DNA of 63,024 bases, filler included, from Atractiella rhizophila (GCA_021432655.1; 14 parts of 13 records of this genome joined end to end with filler, not necessarily neighbours in it), one strand, 5' to 3'. Shown: positions 35,134 to 49,067, numbered from the whole stretch's first letter. A program made the numbers and translations. Notes: generated from the sequence alone by a model not told the origin.

Positions 35134-37173
35134 ATCGCCGGATCCATCGGACTTTCTTACTGTGCGTCCTTCACGTCTTGAACTCTGTTCTTCGTTGCCA
35201 GCTGATCAATGACGCTTATAGCTGTTTTCATGGATAAGAAGTTCTCTGACGATTTTGGAGACAAGTTAAAGGCAGAGCAAGAAATCCCAGGGTGCGTCTA
35301 ACAATTCTATCTTTTTTTCATGTGTTGAGAGTCTGGCGTGCAGACGCCTGAAGCAATCCATCGACGACTATGTCAAGGACTCTATCGAAGGATTCTCTGT
35401 CCGCCTCCAGCCTGGCAACTTGGGATTGATTGCGATTGTCGCTTGAAAAAGAACTCTGCCTTGAGTCGAAATCGAGAAACGAAGGCAGAATCGAAGTTTG
35501 GTTGTCCTCTCTCTTCATATTCATATACTCTTATGCTTTTCTTTCTTAACGAGTCAATGCTTGGTCGAAGCGAGTTTCTTTCTCTGACCGATTGATCAGG
35601 GATGTACTACTTGAATACATGATATGTAGAATGTTTGTTGACGAAGATAAGTGCAATGAATGTGATGTTTTTGTAGTAAGCAACTTGCTCGTTCGCTGGA
35701 CTCTGCTCTGCACGCGCTGTTGTTGTGGTTGTTATCATATTAAAGAGCTGTCAGACTATAGTCAACGTAGCTCTGGGAAGTCAATGTTTAACTACCTGAC
35801 TGAAAGTCAGCGTCGCTTCGCCCTTACGAAACGGAGAAGGTAGCACAGCATGATTGCTGTGAAGGGTTGGCTGACGTCGCGATGGCTAAAGGAGAAAGGC
35901 AGGGAAGGGAAGCAAATTGTAATACAAATAACATAAATGGGCATTCTTCGTTACCTTTATGAGTCACTTCTCTTTCATCGCAGTGTTGCTTCTGTGACCC
36001 TTTTTCTTTCCCTCACACACAACCACCATCTTTTTGAGCTTGCCTGTACTGAGGTATAGCTAGTGCTGTGTGCGAGGTGAGTACCTTCTTTCAGTAGTTG
36101 TGCTGTGCTCATTCAAGTGCACTTTGAAGGTCCCCCTGTCTTCTCTGTCAGTTCAGCGTACCCCTCGTTTCTAAAACACTCGAAGAGGGCTGTACTCTTC
36201 TTTTGACCCTCTTCTCCACTTACTTAGTCCATGCTATTTTAGGGCTTTGCCAAAGCCTTCTCCACTGTCCCCAGCTCTGTAGACTCTTCGAGTGTTTTAG
36301 ATATGCTTGTCTCGCTTACACTTATGCCTTCATGCTCTTGTTCTTATATTGTGCAACTCATGTTTTAGACAATCATATTTTGAACTCCCACCACTATCTG
36401 GAACCTTGCCAACTTCTTGTAGTTGCGTTATACAAATCAAACTCTCAAGAAGAGGTACAACTTCAATGTAAAGCAGAGCATCAAAATGAAATAAGGATAC
36501 AGGTGGCACCTTACTAGGGAGCAGAAGGACTATCACATGTGAAAATTAAAGCTATATCTAGGTGCAAAGAAATCTCCATCAGAAATGTGAAAGTGGGCTG
36601 TGGTTCAGTGTTGTTCCATAAGGCCTTAAAAAGGGAGGATTTTCAAATAAAGGCCTTGAACTTAACTAAGCCTTTTAATAATGGCTTGAGTCTTAATAAC
36701 CCCTTGAGCTATGGTGTTTGTTTTTTGAGCATTTCTGACCTTTGTAGAGCTTTCAAATGTTGGGTTTCTTGGCACATAGTTCTCAATAATGCATAGAAGT
36801 TCAAAGTAATGTGCTTAAACTCTTTATCAGATCCCACCTCCACATTCCTTACAGTAGGCTTTACAATGGATGCTGTTCAGCTTCTCTCCCGGAAAAAGAA
36901 ATCACAAATCGGATGTTTCCAACACATGAAGCCAATTGATACTTGGGCAAGAACTTTGGGAGAAAAACTGCTCTTAAAGGCTTTTGCTGTGATGGAAATC
37001 CGGACATATGATCTCGAAAAAATTTCTTGAAAAGTTCTACATACATATAGAGCCAGTTAAGCCTTATAAAGGAAGGCATGACATTGTCGATTTTGCAAAG
37101 GTCTTAAGGTAAACCTTATTAACCCTTAAAGAATTTAAGGCCTTTACCCTTCAGGCTAACACTTCTGTAGTTT

Positions 37174-37390
37174 CTAATTCCTTCTTCCAAATATGGCAAT
37201 CTTTTCACTGGTAAAACAGTGTGCTCCAGAGCAGAGTGCACACTTTAGGTTGATGTCTGAGCACTTTGATCGATCTTGACATGGTGAGAGGCGGTCACAA
37301 TGTTGATTGTACTCAGAGGTACGGTGGGTTTCCATACAAACAGCACATGTGCGAGTTGGTTTCTTGCAGGAATGCACGAGATGTCTAAGA
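37174..37390 (-). mobile_element. Non-LTR (Tad/I-like) ORF1 zinc-knuckle remnant
   Basis: HLVHSCKKPTRTCAVCMETHRT..C..C..C..LKCALCSGAH, in CpG-poor degenerate sequence. Confidence 0.55.
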
Positions 37391-37787
37391 TGTTGATTCC
37401 AAGGGTCTAAAGGAATGCATTACAATGAAGTTATAATGGGCCTTTTATACCTTGAGGAACTCGGCAAAAAGAGAGAAACGGCAAAGGGGAAAGAAAACTA
37501 GAGCCACAATGACAGTGGTACGAATGTAGCTTAAAACGGTGCCAAACTCTGATAAACTCCCCCTTGAGCAAATGAGGTGCCACGATGGAACTAAAGGTAC
37601 CGACCAAAGAAACAAACTTTTGAAAGAAAGAACACACTCCAATATCAATTTAAAGCTCCTCACTCCCCCTTATTCCAGCAATTCTCTTTACCCCAGATGC
37701 CACAACGTCGAAGGATCCAAGCCACACTTTTGCAATTGATTCCCAGCCGCCTTTTGCACCAAACTTCGGATCTTGGCTCTCCTAAAA

Positions 37788-38535
37788 TTAAAATGCCTCA
37801 GTAATGCGCGCTTCCGACCTATCCTTCTTTGCTAGTGCCTTCTCGGAACAATCTCGTGCCAAATGTCCGGAGTCCCCGCAGACCCAGCAATTGATTTGTC
37901 GATCGGAATTTGAATGATCACGCCTTCTGAACCTTCTCGTGTTCATGAGCAGTGCCTCCCCGGTTCCTCCTCTTGACTCCCCTGAATGTCCTCTTCTCCT
38001 TTTCTCATCTCTGAGAGCACCAATAACATCTTGAATGGACAACTCTTCCTTAGTCACCATTAATGTTCCAGCAAGGTTCCCCCAGTCCTATGTGAGGTTG
38101 AAAATGAGGACATCCATAATATCGGTGTCGGAGATCTGGAGCCCGATTGATTTGAGATTCGATGCATTAGTAGCAATTTCTTGAACGTAGGACTCAATTG
38201 GCTTTGAGGGGTCATGTTTCGCTTTATAGAAACGGTGTTTAAGCGTGATACGGTTTACGCGGCTGTTCTTCTCATACTTGTCTTTCAAAGCCTTCCATGC
38301 CGGCTGCCCCGGTAGCTGAATCTCGGATATAGATGAATTGCGATGGATCCACACTTAATCCGACGATTGTCAGCCTAACCTCTTTTGCATCTTTCCAGTT
38401 CTTCAGTTTCTTCGTCTCCTCTGCCGAACGCTCCTCCACCACTCCACCCACTTCTTCCAGCAACCACCTCTCTTCAACACCAACAAGACAGCAAATTTCC
38501 AGTCATAATAATTGGTTTCCGTAAGCTTGGGAACT
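37788..38535 (-). mobile_element. Copia gag remnant (UBN2-type capsid plus CCHC knuckle)
   Basis: AWKALKDKYEKNSRVNRITLKHRF..IESYVQEI..LKSIG..MDVLIFNLT*, CWVCGDSGHLARDC, with frameshifts and a stop. Confidence 0.85.
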
Positions 38536-38938
38536 GACTGAATCAGAGAGCTAAGGTTGGAGTTGGACAAGGTTGTAATACACGCCCAATTTGCAAGCAG
38601 TTGGATTTTTGCTGAAATCAGAACATATGAGTGACACCAAATTTCCGACAGACATCAGACCTATATTCCTGCCTATCGTCATCCGCTTCCTAGGTAAACT
38701 TTGACAATAGCAGGATGTTCCCTGAACAACTCGAAGACTCCTACTATGCTGAAATCAACAAACAATTTATCTTGAATTCGGAACAGATTGCAAGCTTCCT
38801 GGAGCGGGGTAGTAGCTGGAGTGGGAGGTTTCTGATCANNNNNNNNNNNNNNNNNNNNNNNNNNNNNNNNNNNNNNNNNNNNTTAATTAATTAANNNNNN
38901 NNNNNNNNNNNNNNNNNNNNNNNNNNNNNNNNNNNNNN

Positions 38939-41277
38939 TCATCCAACTTCCTTTTCTTCTCTCCACCAATCTTCACCTCGGTGACAACATCTCCGTCTGA
39001 CATGTCTGCTGAGTCTTCCTTTATGGGAGCGGGTTTGCGAGCGAGAGGAGGGATGGAACTTTCTATTACGATAGGATCTGTGGCACTGTCAGACCTGTGA
39101 TGAAGTATAAGTCGCGCCCACAACAGAAAAAGAGAAAACTTTACTTTTGAATTATAAATACAAGCGGCATGCAGCCAACGTCCTCTTCATCGTTGATGGT
39201 AATCATCCCACCCTCCTGTACGTCTAGTTCCGTCAGCGTCTTCTCCAGAAAGTCATCGAAATCTGGGTCGTAAACAAGGTTCGTCCCAATGGTGACGTTA
39301 AACTCTCCGTGCTCCAATTCTTTCACCTTCTCCTTCACCAAGTCTACCACATTCCCCAAGGTCGCTTCGTTTGACACATTAACAGGTACATAGACGCTCC
39401 TGCAGACCGTACAAGTTCCATTCGGTGCCGTCAGTCTCTCGTTTTGCAACACTCTTCCGGGACGCTGGCCGAACCAGACGAAATGGCAGCGATCCAACTT
39501 GTGCGAGGCGTTAAGGATCTTTTTCGGCGAGGAGAGGGAGGAGGGAGGGAACTGAGTACGAGGAGTAGACCAGATTGTACGCAGCATGGACGCCGCTTGC
39601 ATGACGAGAAGACCTGCAACAGCTGCATTCGTGGTTGCGATAGCAGCTATGATGTTTCCCGCCATTTCTGCACATATATCAATTAGAATTACATCGAAAA
39701 ATGGAACAAGGAAACAAGCCTTTCACTTCCCACTTCGACTTCTGCTGAATGCCAAAGATGTGCGCTCGTAGATTTGAAGTCGCAACAACAAAGTCAAGGG
39801 TATCTTCATCGTCCTTATCAAAACTGATGGGGGAGCTAGGATCGGCTTTGAACCTCCTTGCTAGTCGCTGAAAGCTGCTCCATCCAACACCGATCAGATG
39901 TCTCCTTCCACCACTAGCTCTATCTGCCTCGATGGGAAGAGCTAGTAGTGAAGTACGACGTAGCTCAGCGGCTTCATTGAAGAACGGCGCACCTATCCGC
40001 ATAAAGCTTTACATTATCCGTCAATGACAGCACCTGCTGATCCTTTAGGTGCGACGCTGCGCTTGTAGAAGATGATGGGCCGTTCATCTCCTCTTGTGCA
40101 TCCTCAAACGCGAGAGGTTTTGGAGGTATTCGTGACTTCCACATATCTTCCATCTTCAGTAAGCGCTCAATGTCACTTTTAAACACCTAATCACTCCTCA
40201 TCAATTCACAATCTGTGAGAATGGAGCTGACAAACTTTGTTGAAAACACGCCCTGCCACAGATTCGCCGTCCTCAGACACGATCGAACGGCGTATCTGCG
40301 ACATTTCTTGCGTTTCAGCTTTCAGAGCAGCAATCTCAGATGCTACAGCGCTGATTTCAATGCTGCACTCGAACTGCAAATGAGGACGACGAACCATTCT
40401 CTCCATTTTCCAACGCCTTGTTCAACTCTTCCTCGGTTTCTACCTCGTCTTCGGGCCCAAACAGCTGACTGTCACCGCAACTTACTCTAGATCAACCAGA
40501 GATAGGGGAAACACATACGCAAGAAGGTAGCTCTTGCCCCAAACGATGCAATGAATCGGCGCAGAGGGAGTGCTGCGTATGGTGCAGACTGGATAACTTT
40601 TGGCGACAGGTTTAGGGTTGCAGTCATAGCACTCCGTTTGATCCTGTCACCAATGTAAGCTCGGTTTGAGCAGCATAAGACATCAAGTACCTTCAGAATC
40701 GGTTGGACTTGACCGGAATAACCAGCCGTGCCGCTCTCAATCAAAGGTACATTGGCTGCTAGGCACATTTTGTTCACATGCCGTCGAGCATCTATGTCGT
40801 TCCGTTGAGTGACGGTGCACATTCGAGCCGCGTCGGTTACGTACCGAGGTTGTCCAGCGCGTTGAGGACGATATCGAATTGTGCGAACCACTTCACATTG
40901 AAAGTTGTGTCCTTGATGTTTCCATGGATAGCTTCGATCTCAGCGTGTGGATTGAACTCAAGGGCTGTCTGTTTCGCGACGAGCGCTTTGGATTTTTTGA
41001 CGTGCTGCTTTTGAAAGAGGAATTGGCGATTGAGATTGCTCAAATCAATGGTATCGAGATCGATCTAGTGTTCTACCGTGCGTCTCTGCCCTGGTAAGAA
41101 GCATATGGGTTGACGCACCACCGTGACCTTCCCAAAGCCAGTCATGACCAAATTTTTTAACAATTCGCATCCAATTCCCCCAGCCCCAACACACAACACT
41201 TTAGATGACTTGAGCCTCCCATAGATTGTGGCCCCAATCACTTTCTCAGCTCCCAAAAAGCGTTTTCCTGCCGTCAT
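38939..41277 (-). CDS. UBA2: SUMO-activating enzyme E1 subunit 2, 3' truncated
   Basis: [101 protein letters not shown]. Confidence 0.96.
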
Positions 41278-41609
41278 GGTCGTTTCTTGACGGTTCAGAA
41301 ATGCGACACGTACATCTGCCAAACTCATTTTGTGTACGTTGCGTACGTTGCGAAGCTTTGAATGCACTTTTTGCTCTGACTTTTTGCTGCAATGAACAGA
41401 CTCAACGAGCCTTCCTCCTGTGAGGCTGCCCTCTAACAATGTAATATGAACATCAAACTCAAGCATAAACGCAATGCAACCTCAAAGTTAAACGATTCTG
41501 CGTGGTAAGGAGGGCAATTTTATCAAAACATTGCGAGTATTTGATATTTAAGGTTTCCGCTTCCAGAAAAGGAAGTGCTGCGGGCACCAACGAAGCAGTG
41601 AGAACCTTC

Positions 41610-44145
41610 ATGTCTTCACTATCACCTACTCTTACTGCCTCCTCAATCGGGCCGTCTCCCAGCTCGTCGCCACGACTGGGACAACTATCTGATATAGGCT
41701 ACGCGTCAGCTTCGTCGTCTTTTAACAGCGGCACAACTTACCTCACCTACACACCTTACTTCACACTTCCGTCGTACCCAAACTTCGAAGATATTCTTGA
41801 TGGGTTACTGAATTCAGCGAAAGGGGCGGATGACCAAATTGCGGTTCAACAGCTTATGGGATATCTTACCACTTCATATCTGCATTATTCTCCATCAACA
41901 TTCGAAACTTTCTACAGTTCCAAGTTTTTAGGCTCTGTCCGCCCGCTCCTCAGCGCACCGAGGGCTACGGCTCGTCTCGTGGGGTTGAAATGCCTAGAAC
42001 TCTTGCTCGACATTCTTAGCAGCGCTTCCGATTACAGCCCTATGAGAGGGTAGAATCACTTAAAATTGAAAGCTGGGTCAAAAAGACTTTGACTTTTCGA
42101 TGAGAAGATTGCTATTGCGAAGACTGCATCGAGGACGATGGGCTACGCGATTTATTTCTGGCGCTTCCAGAGAGAGGGAGCGGGAATCATCAATTGATGA
42201 GGAAGGATGGAAAGTGACAGAGGAAGCAGGCAAGGTTTATGGTCAGTACAGATCATTGACAAGCGACATATGTCTGAAATAGAACAAAGCCAAACTATGC
42301 CGTCTTGGCGGGACCTCGATGATTGAGCAAGCAAAGGCTCAACTCAAGACTTCGATCGAATGGCTGCAGGATTTCTCGACAAGAAGTGCGCTACTATGCC
42401 GCCACCGTCATCATCAAACTGTTCACCGTAGAAGTGCCTAACGTCGTCTGGTCTGAAGCGACTGAACTCGTCGACAACCTTTGGATCGCTTTGGTCGACC
42501 CTCTTGTATGCAGACGGTTTTGATAATCGAGAGCGAAGCACTGAAAAAAGCCTGCAGGTGGCCTATTCGAGTTTCTGCCGCAAAAGCTATGAGAGCTGTG
42601 CTATCTTTGGCGAACGAGAGAGAAAAGAAGCAGCCGATTTTGAAGGAAATGGTCCTCAAGCAAGCGACGGAAATCATCTCAACTGCCTCTCCCTCATGGA
42701 CGGCGAGTCTAACCCGTGCAAGGACGAGAACAAAAATGAAGGATCCTTCAGAGGTACATGGAGGTGTTTTGGCCATTGAGCAGCTCTGGAAAACTTGTGC
42801 TGGGGTCAGCCTTTCCCTTTTCTTTTCCTCTATTGTAACATTGGATGGGAAAGTTTATGACGCAACATTATACGTCGACCATGACCATCCTCCTCGACCT
42901 TCGAGAATCTACCGACGCCGTCATCCGACGAACTGTGCTAGACGTCGTTCCTATATTAGTTGAACATAACGCGCAGGAGTTCTGCAAGAATCCCCCTGAC
43001 AGCACTTGGTTGCACAAATGGATGGTGTGGTTCCTTGGCCAAATCAGCAGGGGCGTAGATCGAGGCGCATGTAAAGCGATTCCTCGTTATATTGGAGGAT
43101 TTGCTGATTTTGTCTGCCCAGGCTTCAAAACTGTTGGCATCATAGCCGATATTGTTGGAGATGAGATGTCGGAATGGCTAGACAGAATCTTGGAACAAAT
43201 GAATCTTCGTCTTAGACCGCCGGAAACTGGGTAAGCATCCCAATACATCCCTTCAAACAAGCAGATTAAAAGGAACACAGGCCGACAAGCAGAACATTGA
43301 CGACGCCATCCAAAGAGGAAGAGTGCATTTTCAACTGCATCACCGGAATCACCCTATCCCTGGCTCATCACCCTCAATTATGCGGCCAGCTTCCAACTTT
43401 GATCGATCTCATGGGGACATATGAGCTAAGCCCTGGCCTTCAACAAGCATACCTTTTTCTTTGCAATATGCAACTGAAGGAGCCTTTTGGGGACTTGCAA
43501 CGCATTGTCACCCTAGTCCGAGGTAAGCTTTGCGTACTCCCTACGGTATTCGCTGACGGGGCACGTTTTGTAGCGAGAACATTGGACGCTATCTCTCTGA
43601 TCCTGACTGGTGACCGCTTTGAGTACCCTGGTGCACCGCAGGATTGGTTTGATTCAACCGACTTCCCCATATCCTACACTTTAATTTCGAGGCTCCCGAC
43701 GCCGACATACTCCCCTCAGAAACGGATAGAAATTATTACTCTTGCGCTTGATACTCTACTGTCCTGCGATTTCGGCGAGGACGTTTCGTTACAACAGTTT
43801 CTCCACGAGTGGATCACACTTTATTTAGACGATGAGGACCCCCAGATTAGAACTGCAGCGGCCGAGTGCTGTTGCGAACTGCTGGTCTCGGATCAGGTAG
43901 TCAACAGGAAGAGCAAGAACAGCATTCAAGTGTGTAAAGATGTCGGAGATAAAGTCGTGTATCTCGCTGTACGGGACGGTGGTAAGTCCTAGTTTGGTGG
44001 TTTCAATCACTACTCATCGTCATTTTGGCATAGACCCCACTGTGCGCTTGAAAGCAATGAATGCTATTCGCCCAGAACTAGACCGAACTCTCGCCCAAGC
44101 GGATGTTGTAGGACTAATTCTCCTTACGCTTGAAGATGAAATATT
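41610..44145 (+). CDS. TOR-like kinase, N-terminal HEAT region, divergent; 1-nt frameshift at about 42373; 3' truncated
   Basis: IEWLQ..RQEVRYYAA, LWIALVDP|.IRVSAA, VHGGVLAI, LALDTL..DF..LYLDDEDPQIRTAAAECC, DPTVR, LAQAD..LLTLEDE occur in TOR order. The kinase domain is outside the contig. Confidence 0.8.
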
Positions 44146-44710
44146 NNNNNNNNNNNNNNNNNNNNNNNNNNNNNNNNNNNNNNNNNNNNTTAATTAATTA
44201 ANNNNNNNNNNNNNNNNNNNNNNNNNNNNNNNNNNNNNNNNNNNNCGGATATGGAGGGCCGATCCGTGGGTTGTTAAAGGGGAGAAAAGGGAAGGATTCT
44301 CGTATGCGGAAGAGGAAGAGGAAATGCTTTGATTGGTTGGTTGGAGGCACAATTCGCTTTTCACCTTGCAGTAGTACTTTCGCACGTTCTTCTTTCGTGT
44401 TTTCGTTGCATTTGTGGATTCTGAACAGACAGACCACAACGTCATCATTTCATCCAACCTTACAAAAACCATCTCAAAAAGCCTTTTTGAGGAGGCTTCA
44501 TATATTCGTGCAACTCGCATTTGTCTTCTGGATCCATCATCTCGGCTTGATAATACAGACCACATTAACAAATTTGGTATTGAAATATACAACTTTTCAC
44601 AGGAGTCCATCGATACACAAGACAGTTTCACAAAGCTTTACAGCGATCCATCGTCCAGATACGTGCATTCGAGAGAATGGGTCATTTCGTCCATTATCGA
44701 GTGAGAAAGT

Positions 44711-45350
44711 TCAGACTTTGGCAGCGGCTGGGGGAGGAGAAGCGGGCGGCGGAGCGTAAGGTGCGTACTGTTCCTGAGGTCTGTACCCAAACCAGAAACA
44801 AAAGTCAACAGACAGTTCATCCCACCCAAATCTCGTACTTCAAAGTAGAGGAAGACTCACGGGTACTGTCCAGTCGTGTATTGGGGAGGACCCTGCTGCC
44901 ATCCTCCCTGCCCATATCCTTGCTGAGGATACGCTCCATACTGTTGACCGTAGTAGGACCCTTGAGGTTGAGGTTGGGAAGCCCATGCCGCTTGAGCAGC
45001 CTTGTACCGTGCCAGCCGTCGTTTGCGGACGATGATCCCAAGTGTGACGAGGATGATAAAGACGGCAATGGAGACTAGAAGAGCATCAAAGGTCAATCCC
45101 GCTTTTACTTGGCCAGCTTGGCCTAAGAGCAGAGGCACGAACCTCCTACTGTGATGCCCACACGAGCGCCATACGAAAGACCATCGCAAACAACTGTCGC
45201 GCCAGAAGCATGAATACTTTATATTTTTGTCGGAGGAGAACACGCACTATCGCCGTTAGAGTTGCGCCAACAGTCTCCCCAAATGGCGAAGGCTGGAGAA
45301 GCGAAGGTGAGTGTGAGTAGGAGAAGTTGCGTTGTCATTTGCGGGAGCAT
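44711..45350 (-). CDS. Small single-pass membrane protein, RCR/WBP1-like
   Basis: Signal peptide, CWRNSNGD..C, GLSYGARVGI, TM helix, RKRR stop-transfer, then a Q/P/Y/G-rich tail ending YAPPPASPPPAAAKV; three introns. Confidence 0.75.
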
Positions 45351-46439
45351 GATAGATGGATGGTTAGATTGTTGGCTGGATTGTTGGTGGCGTGTGGGAG
45401 TGAGGTCGTTGTTTTGAGGAGCAAAGTAAAGGCGATAGATGACGTAAATTCGAAGGCAGCCGCTTGGCACTAAGCTCCTAGTTTCCGAGGGTCTTTGGTC
45501 AGATCACATGACACTCACCAAAAGGAATCGATGATGATAGAAATTGTGATTCGGCCTTATTCTTGAGCTTGTGGAGGTCCTTTCGCTCGTTGAAGGTGCG
45601 AGGGTACTAGTAGGAGATGTGCGATACTTAAATCGATAAAAATAATACGTCTCAGATGGGCTTTGACGCTGCGTAGACCTAAAGATATCAAAGTGGGTTG
45701 CAGTTTGTGGGCAGGACTCGGAATGACCGTCTTATCCTTCATTGGGTGATTTACAGTTAACACAGTGCGAGAGCGCCTTCAGCAGTCAGCTCAGTACGCA
45801 GTTTACAGTTGTCACCCTTGAACCATTTCTTAGGGTCCATAAAAAACCGCTTGAAAGAGTCACCCCAGTCCACCCTCTGTCTTGGCTGAACCAGGACTTT
45901 CTATGTTGAACATGCAGTCATCCGACCGTCTTAGTAGTGCCCTACCCATTCTATGAAGGTTGGGTTCCTCGCCTGAACACTTGGGCTAAGATTGTGGATG
46001 AAACCATGTATTTCAGCAGGACAAAATCGTTTCTTCAGGCCATAAACATTAGAAGACCATGCCTTCATTTCATTTCGCCCAACTTCCATGAGAATATTCC
46101 TGATAACTTCCATCACCAGTGGTCACGAGGTCGTGGAGACTCATTTCAAGACCTATGATCTTTGAGCCAAGTAGCTCGCCGCTCGTTCACAATTATTCCA
46201 TCCTTCAAGGTGGAACAAGAGCACTCCTCAAACACTCATCAAGCTACTATTGCCACCTAGATTGATTTTGATAGGAAATACTGTCGTAGCGATTGCCTTT
46301 TGCTGAATCTTGACCTTCAACATGACGGTCCAATTTTCGAACAGTAAGGCTCTCGACATCGCTGATCCACATTTAAGTTGCGCTTGGATTTCGATACTGC
46401 GACAGTTCAGTTGATGATTCTGACAGGACCACAACAGTC

Positions 46440-46540
46440 GTCTATCTGTTCGTATGTTGAAGACTTGCCAACAGAGTTATTAATCTACATGATTATTGAA
46501 TATTGTCCGACTGCAACCCTTCGAAATGTGTGCAAGGGTG
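46440..46540 (+). pseudogene. Possible F-box motif remnant
   Basis: EDLPTELLIYMIIEYC..TLRNVCK resembles an F-box. No coherent gene surrounds it. Confidence 0.3.
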
Positions 46541-47289
46541 GCGGCGCTTTAACTTTCGCGCTCCAAATGGACTATGGGACAGAAAATGCCAAAGTCAAGC
46601 TCGGGCTTCTCAAAGGAAACTCTTCTTCTTGGGCCGAGATGGAACTGTTTATATCACTCTGTGGAGGATAAAAGTATGACCTGCACCGGTCTTCTTGATC
46701 CGAGCCTGGCAGTTCTGGCAGCCAATCATCTCCTGTGACCCTTAACTGCGCTCCTAACAAACAAGCAGCAACATCAGTATTCGAGCATATTCAGATGTGA
46801 GGGATTTAAAGTTGAAAGGATGTTTTGGGAACTCCTTATCTCAAAATACATCGACTTCTCATCGGGGGACCAATACTCTTCCGAGCATTGTTTACCTCTG
46901 ACTGTCTCGAACTTCCAGAACCCCTTTCATTCTTGTTGTACGACTTTCAGCCACGTCCTTGAAACTTCCACTATCATCATCATGATGACGAAAACTCTTG
47001 ACTTTCCAGGATTTACAGTAGAGACTTAGAAATTCTCATCATCATTGATAATGTTCATGGACGAAACATGAGGATTTCGCCCGATTTCTGTACTAGTTTC
47101 AAGCGTCCATCCCGTCCATCTCTGCAAAGTCCTTCCCTCTCCCATTGCCATGTAAAGATATAAACAGTCACGATTTCCAGAGCTTCCGGGATGGACTTGC
47201 CAATTCTGCGCAGCCCAGTCTGAGGAAGAGATGCTACAGGTGACCGTGATTGGCAAGGAGGTGGCTTCTCAGCGAACAACAGCCTCAAT

Positions 47290-47412
47290 TAGCCATGCAC
47301 GGGATCTATTGACAAGTCTTGCTGGTTGCTCCAACCATGCATTTGTCCTTCGAGAAAAGCTGAAGGTTTGGTGCAACTAGCAAGACTTGTCAATAGATCC
47401 TGTACACGGCTA
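47290..47412. repeat. MITE-like inverted repeat, arms of about 45 bp
   Basis: TAGCCATGCACGGGATCTATTGACAAGTCTTGCTGGTTGCTCCAA pairs with 47368-47412 with 5 mismatches; TA at both ends. Confidence 0.85.
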
Positions 47413-48225
47413 TCATGATTGATGTATCTCTGATGCATTCAATGCTGCTCCCAGCAGTTTGAAGTGAAACAAGACTATCAGGAAAGCGGAGAAACTCAAG
47501 TATAAAGTCAGATGCACGAATTCCTACTGAGGCGGTTCTAGCAAGTCCGAGAGCTCGAGCTGAATAAAAAAGTCAATGACACACATCGCGATATCGACAG
47601 AAGCATACCACTGGTAAACGCTATCACTTTACGTCCATTCTGATTTCTACATGGATTGCAATCCTGTTGCCTTTTTTTGGTGCGAAAAGAGGCTTCCTCA
47701 TTCAACCAGTTACAACAAGCATGTTGCGCATCTCTTTCCAAATCCCCAGTTCCCTTGCAACGCGAAAAGCGGCACCTTTACGCATCCGATGTTGGCTGTA
47801 CATTCTCCTTTCATAGACTCATGCCCTCTGCCGCCTTATGCCTTCTCAACAACATCACGTACTCCGTAAAGATTTCAGGTTCATTCGGTTCCATTATATC
47901 CCCCGATCCATCCGTTATTGTGGGAGAATCTTGCCTTGATGACTGCGGCTGCCCAGTCCATAACTCTTGAGAACTCTCATTCCTCCCTTGCTATGCCACC
48001 ACCAGAGGAGATCACTGGAAGCAGTTCACAGATACAGCAGAACATTGGACTGTACAAGCCCGCCGCGACCTCGGGCTTTCTCCCCACCTGCCCTTGGCGA
48101 ACTAAAACAGGTCATGCATACATCCACATCCCGCTTTCCCAGAGCCGCCATATAAAAGCGACATGCTTCTTCTCAATGCCCCATCAGTGCACGATATCTT
48201 GCTCTGAATCGTTTCTGTGGTAGTC

Positions 48226-49067
48226 ATGAAATTCTCCCTAATCTTCTCTTCCGCCTCTCTCTTCGCTTCTCTCGCCACTGCTTCTCCCGCGGCTTCGCCT
48301 GTGGAATTAGCAAAGAGGGCAGCCGCATCAATCACTGTGTACGTCTTTTCTATTCTAAGTGTCAACGTTTGGAAGAATGTTGTATTCATGGATGGAACAG
48401 GCATGTAACGAGCAAGACGGACTACTGCCTCATCCTCCCCAAGGACAAACACACCGACATTGGCGACTCTGAATACGATGGCGGCATGAGGTCCTACTGC
48501 ACCTCCCCAGTCTCTGGACAAGGAACCCTCAACAAGTCATTCTTCACCAAGAGCACATTGAAGAAGGGTACTGGAAAGGGAGCCTGGATTCAGCGTGCGT
48601 TCCTTCCTTCCTTCCCTTTCTTCGCCTACTCTTGGTACTTGAGGTTAAAATTGACATGTACGGGTGGAACAGTGACTGGCTGCATCGACCCCTCCAAATC
48701 CGACCGTTTGAACGCAAACGATGGTGGTGGTTCGTCTCCTTTGCTATTCCCACCAGTCCTCGCAGATCAGTGACGAATGTGATAGGACAATACGACTCCT
48801 CCGGAGGGGACGGCGGCCAGGGAAATCCCAAAGGCTCAGTCTGTACTGGCTACAACCACTACGTCGAGCTCGTGGAGCCAGACGTGAAGAGGGCTTGCAT
48901 TCGATGCTGCAAGGAATCCTCTGATTGTCCCTTGAACAAGGATACGCAAGGCTGCCCAGCCGTACGTCTCCGTTATTTCTTTCTTCTCCCACTGCAGCTT
49001 CATGGAACGCTGAGCTTTGCTTGTTGTGGAATAGGTTATCCCTGGAAACTACGACGGATGCGAGTAA
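48226..49067 (+). CDS. Small secreted cysteine-rich protein
   Basis: TATAAAA at about 48151, signal peptide plus KR site, DYCLILP..IGDSE..YC, TGCID, GQYDS, YVELVEPD..ACIRCC..DCPLNKDTQGCPA|VIPGNY; four introns. Confidence 0.9.

Noticed and set aside
36610..37150. AAGGCCTT/CCTTAA-rich patches
   Set aside because: Probably a decayed transposon end, but no termini can be defined.
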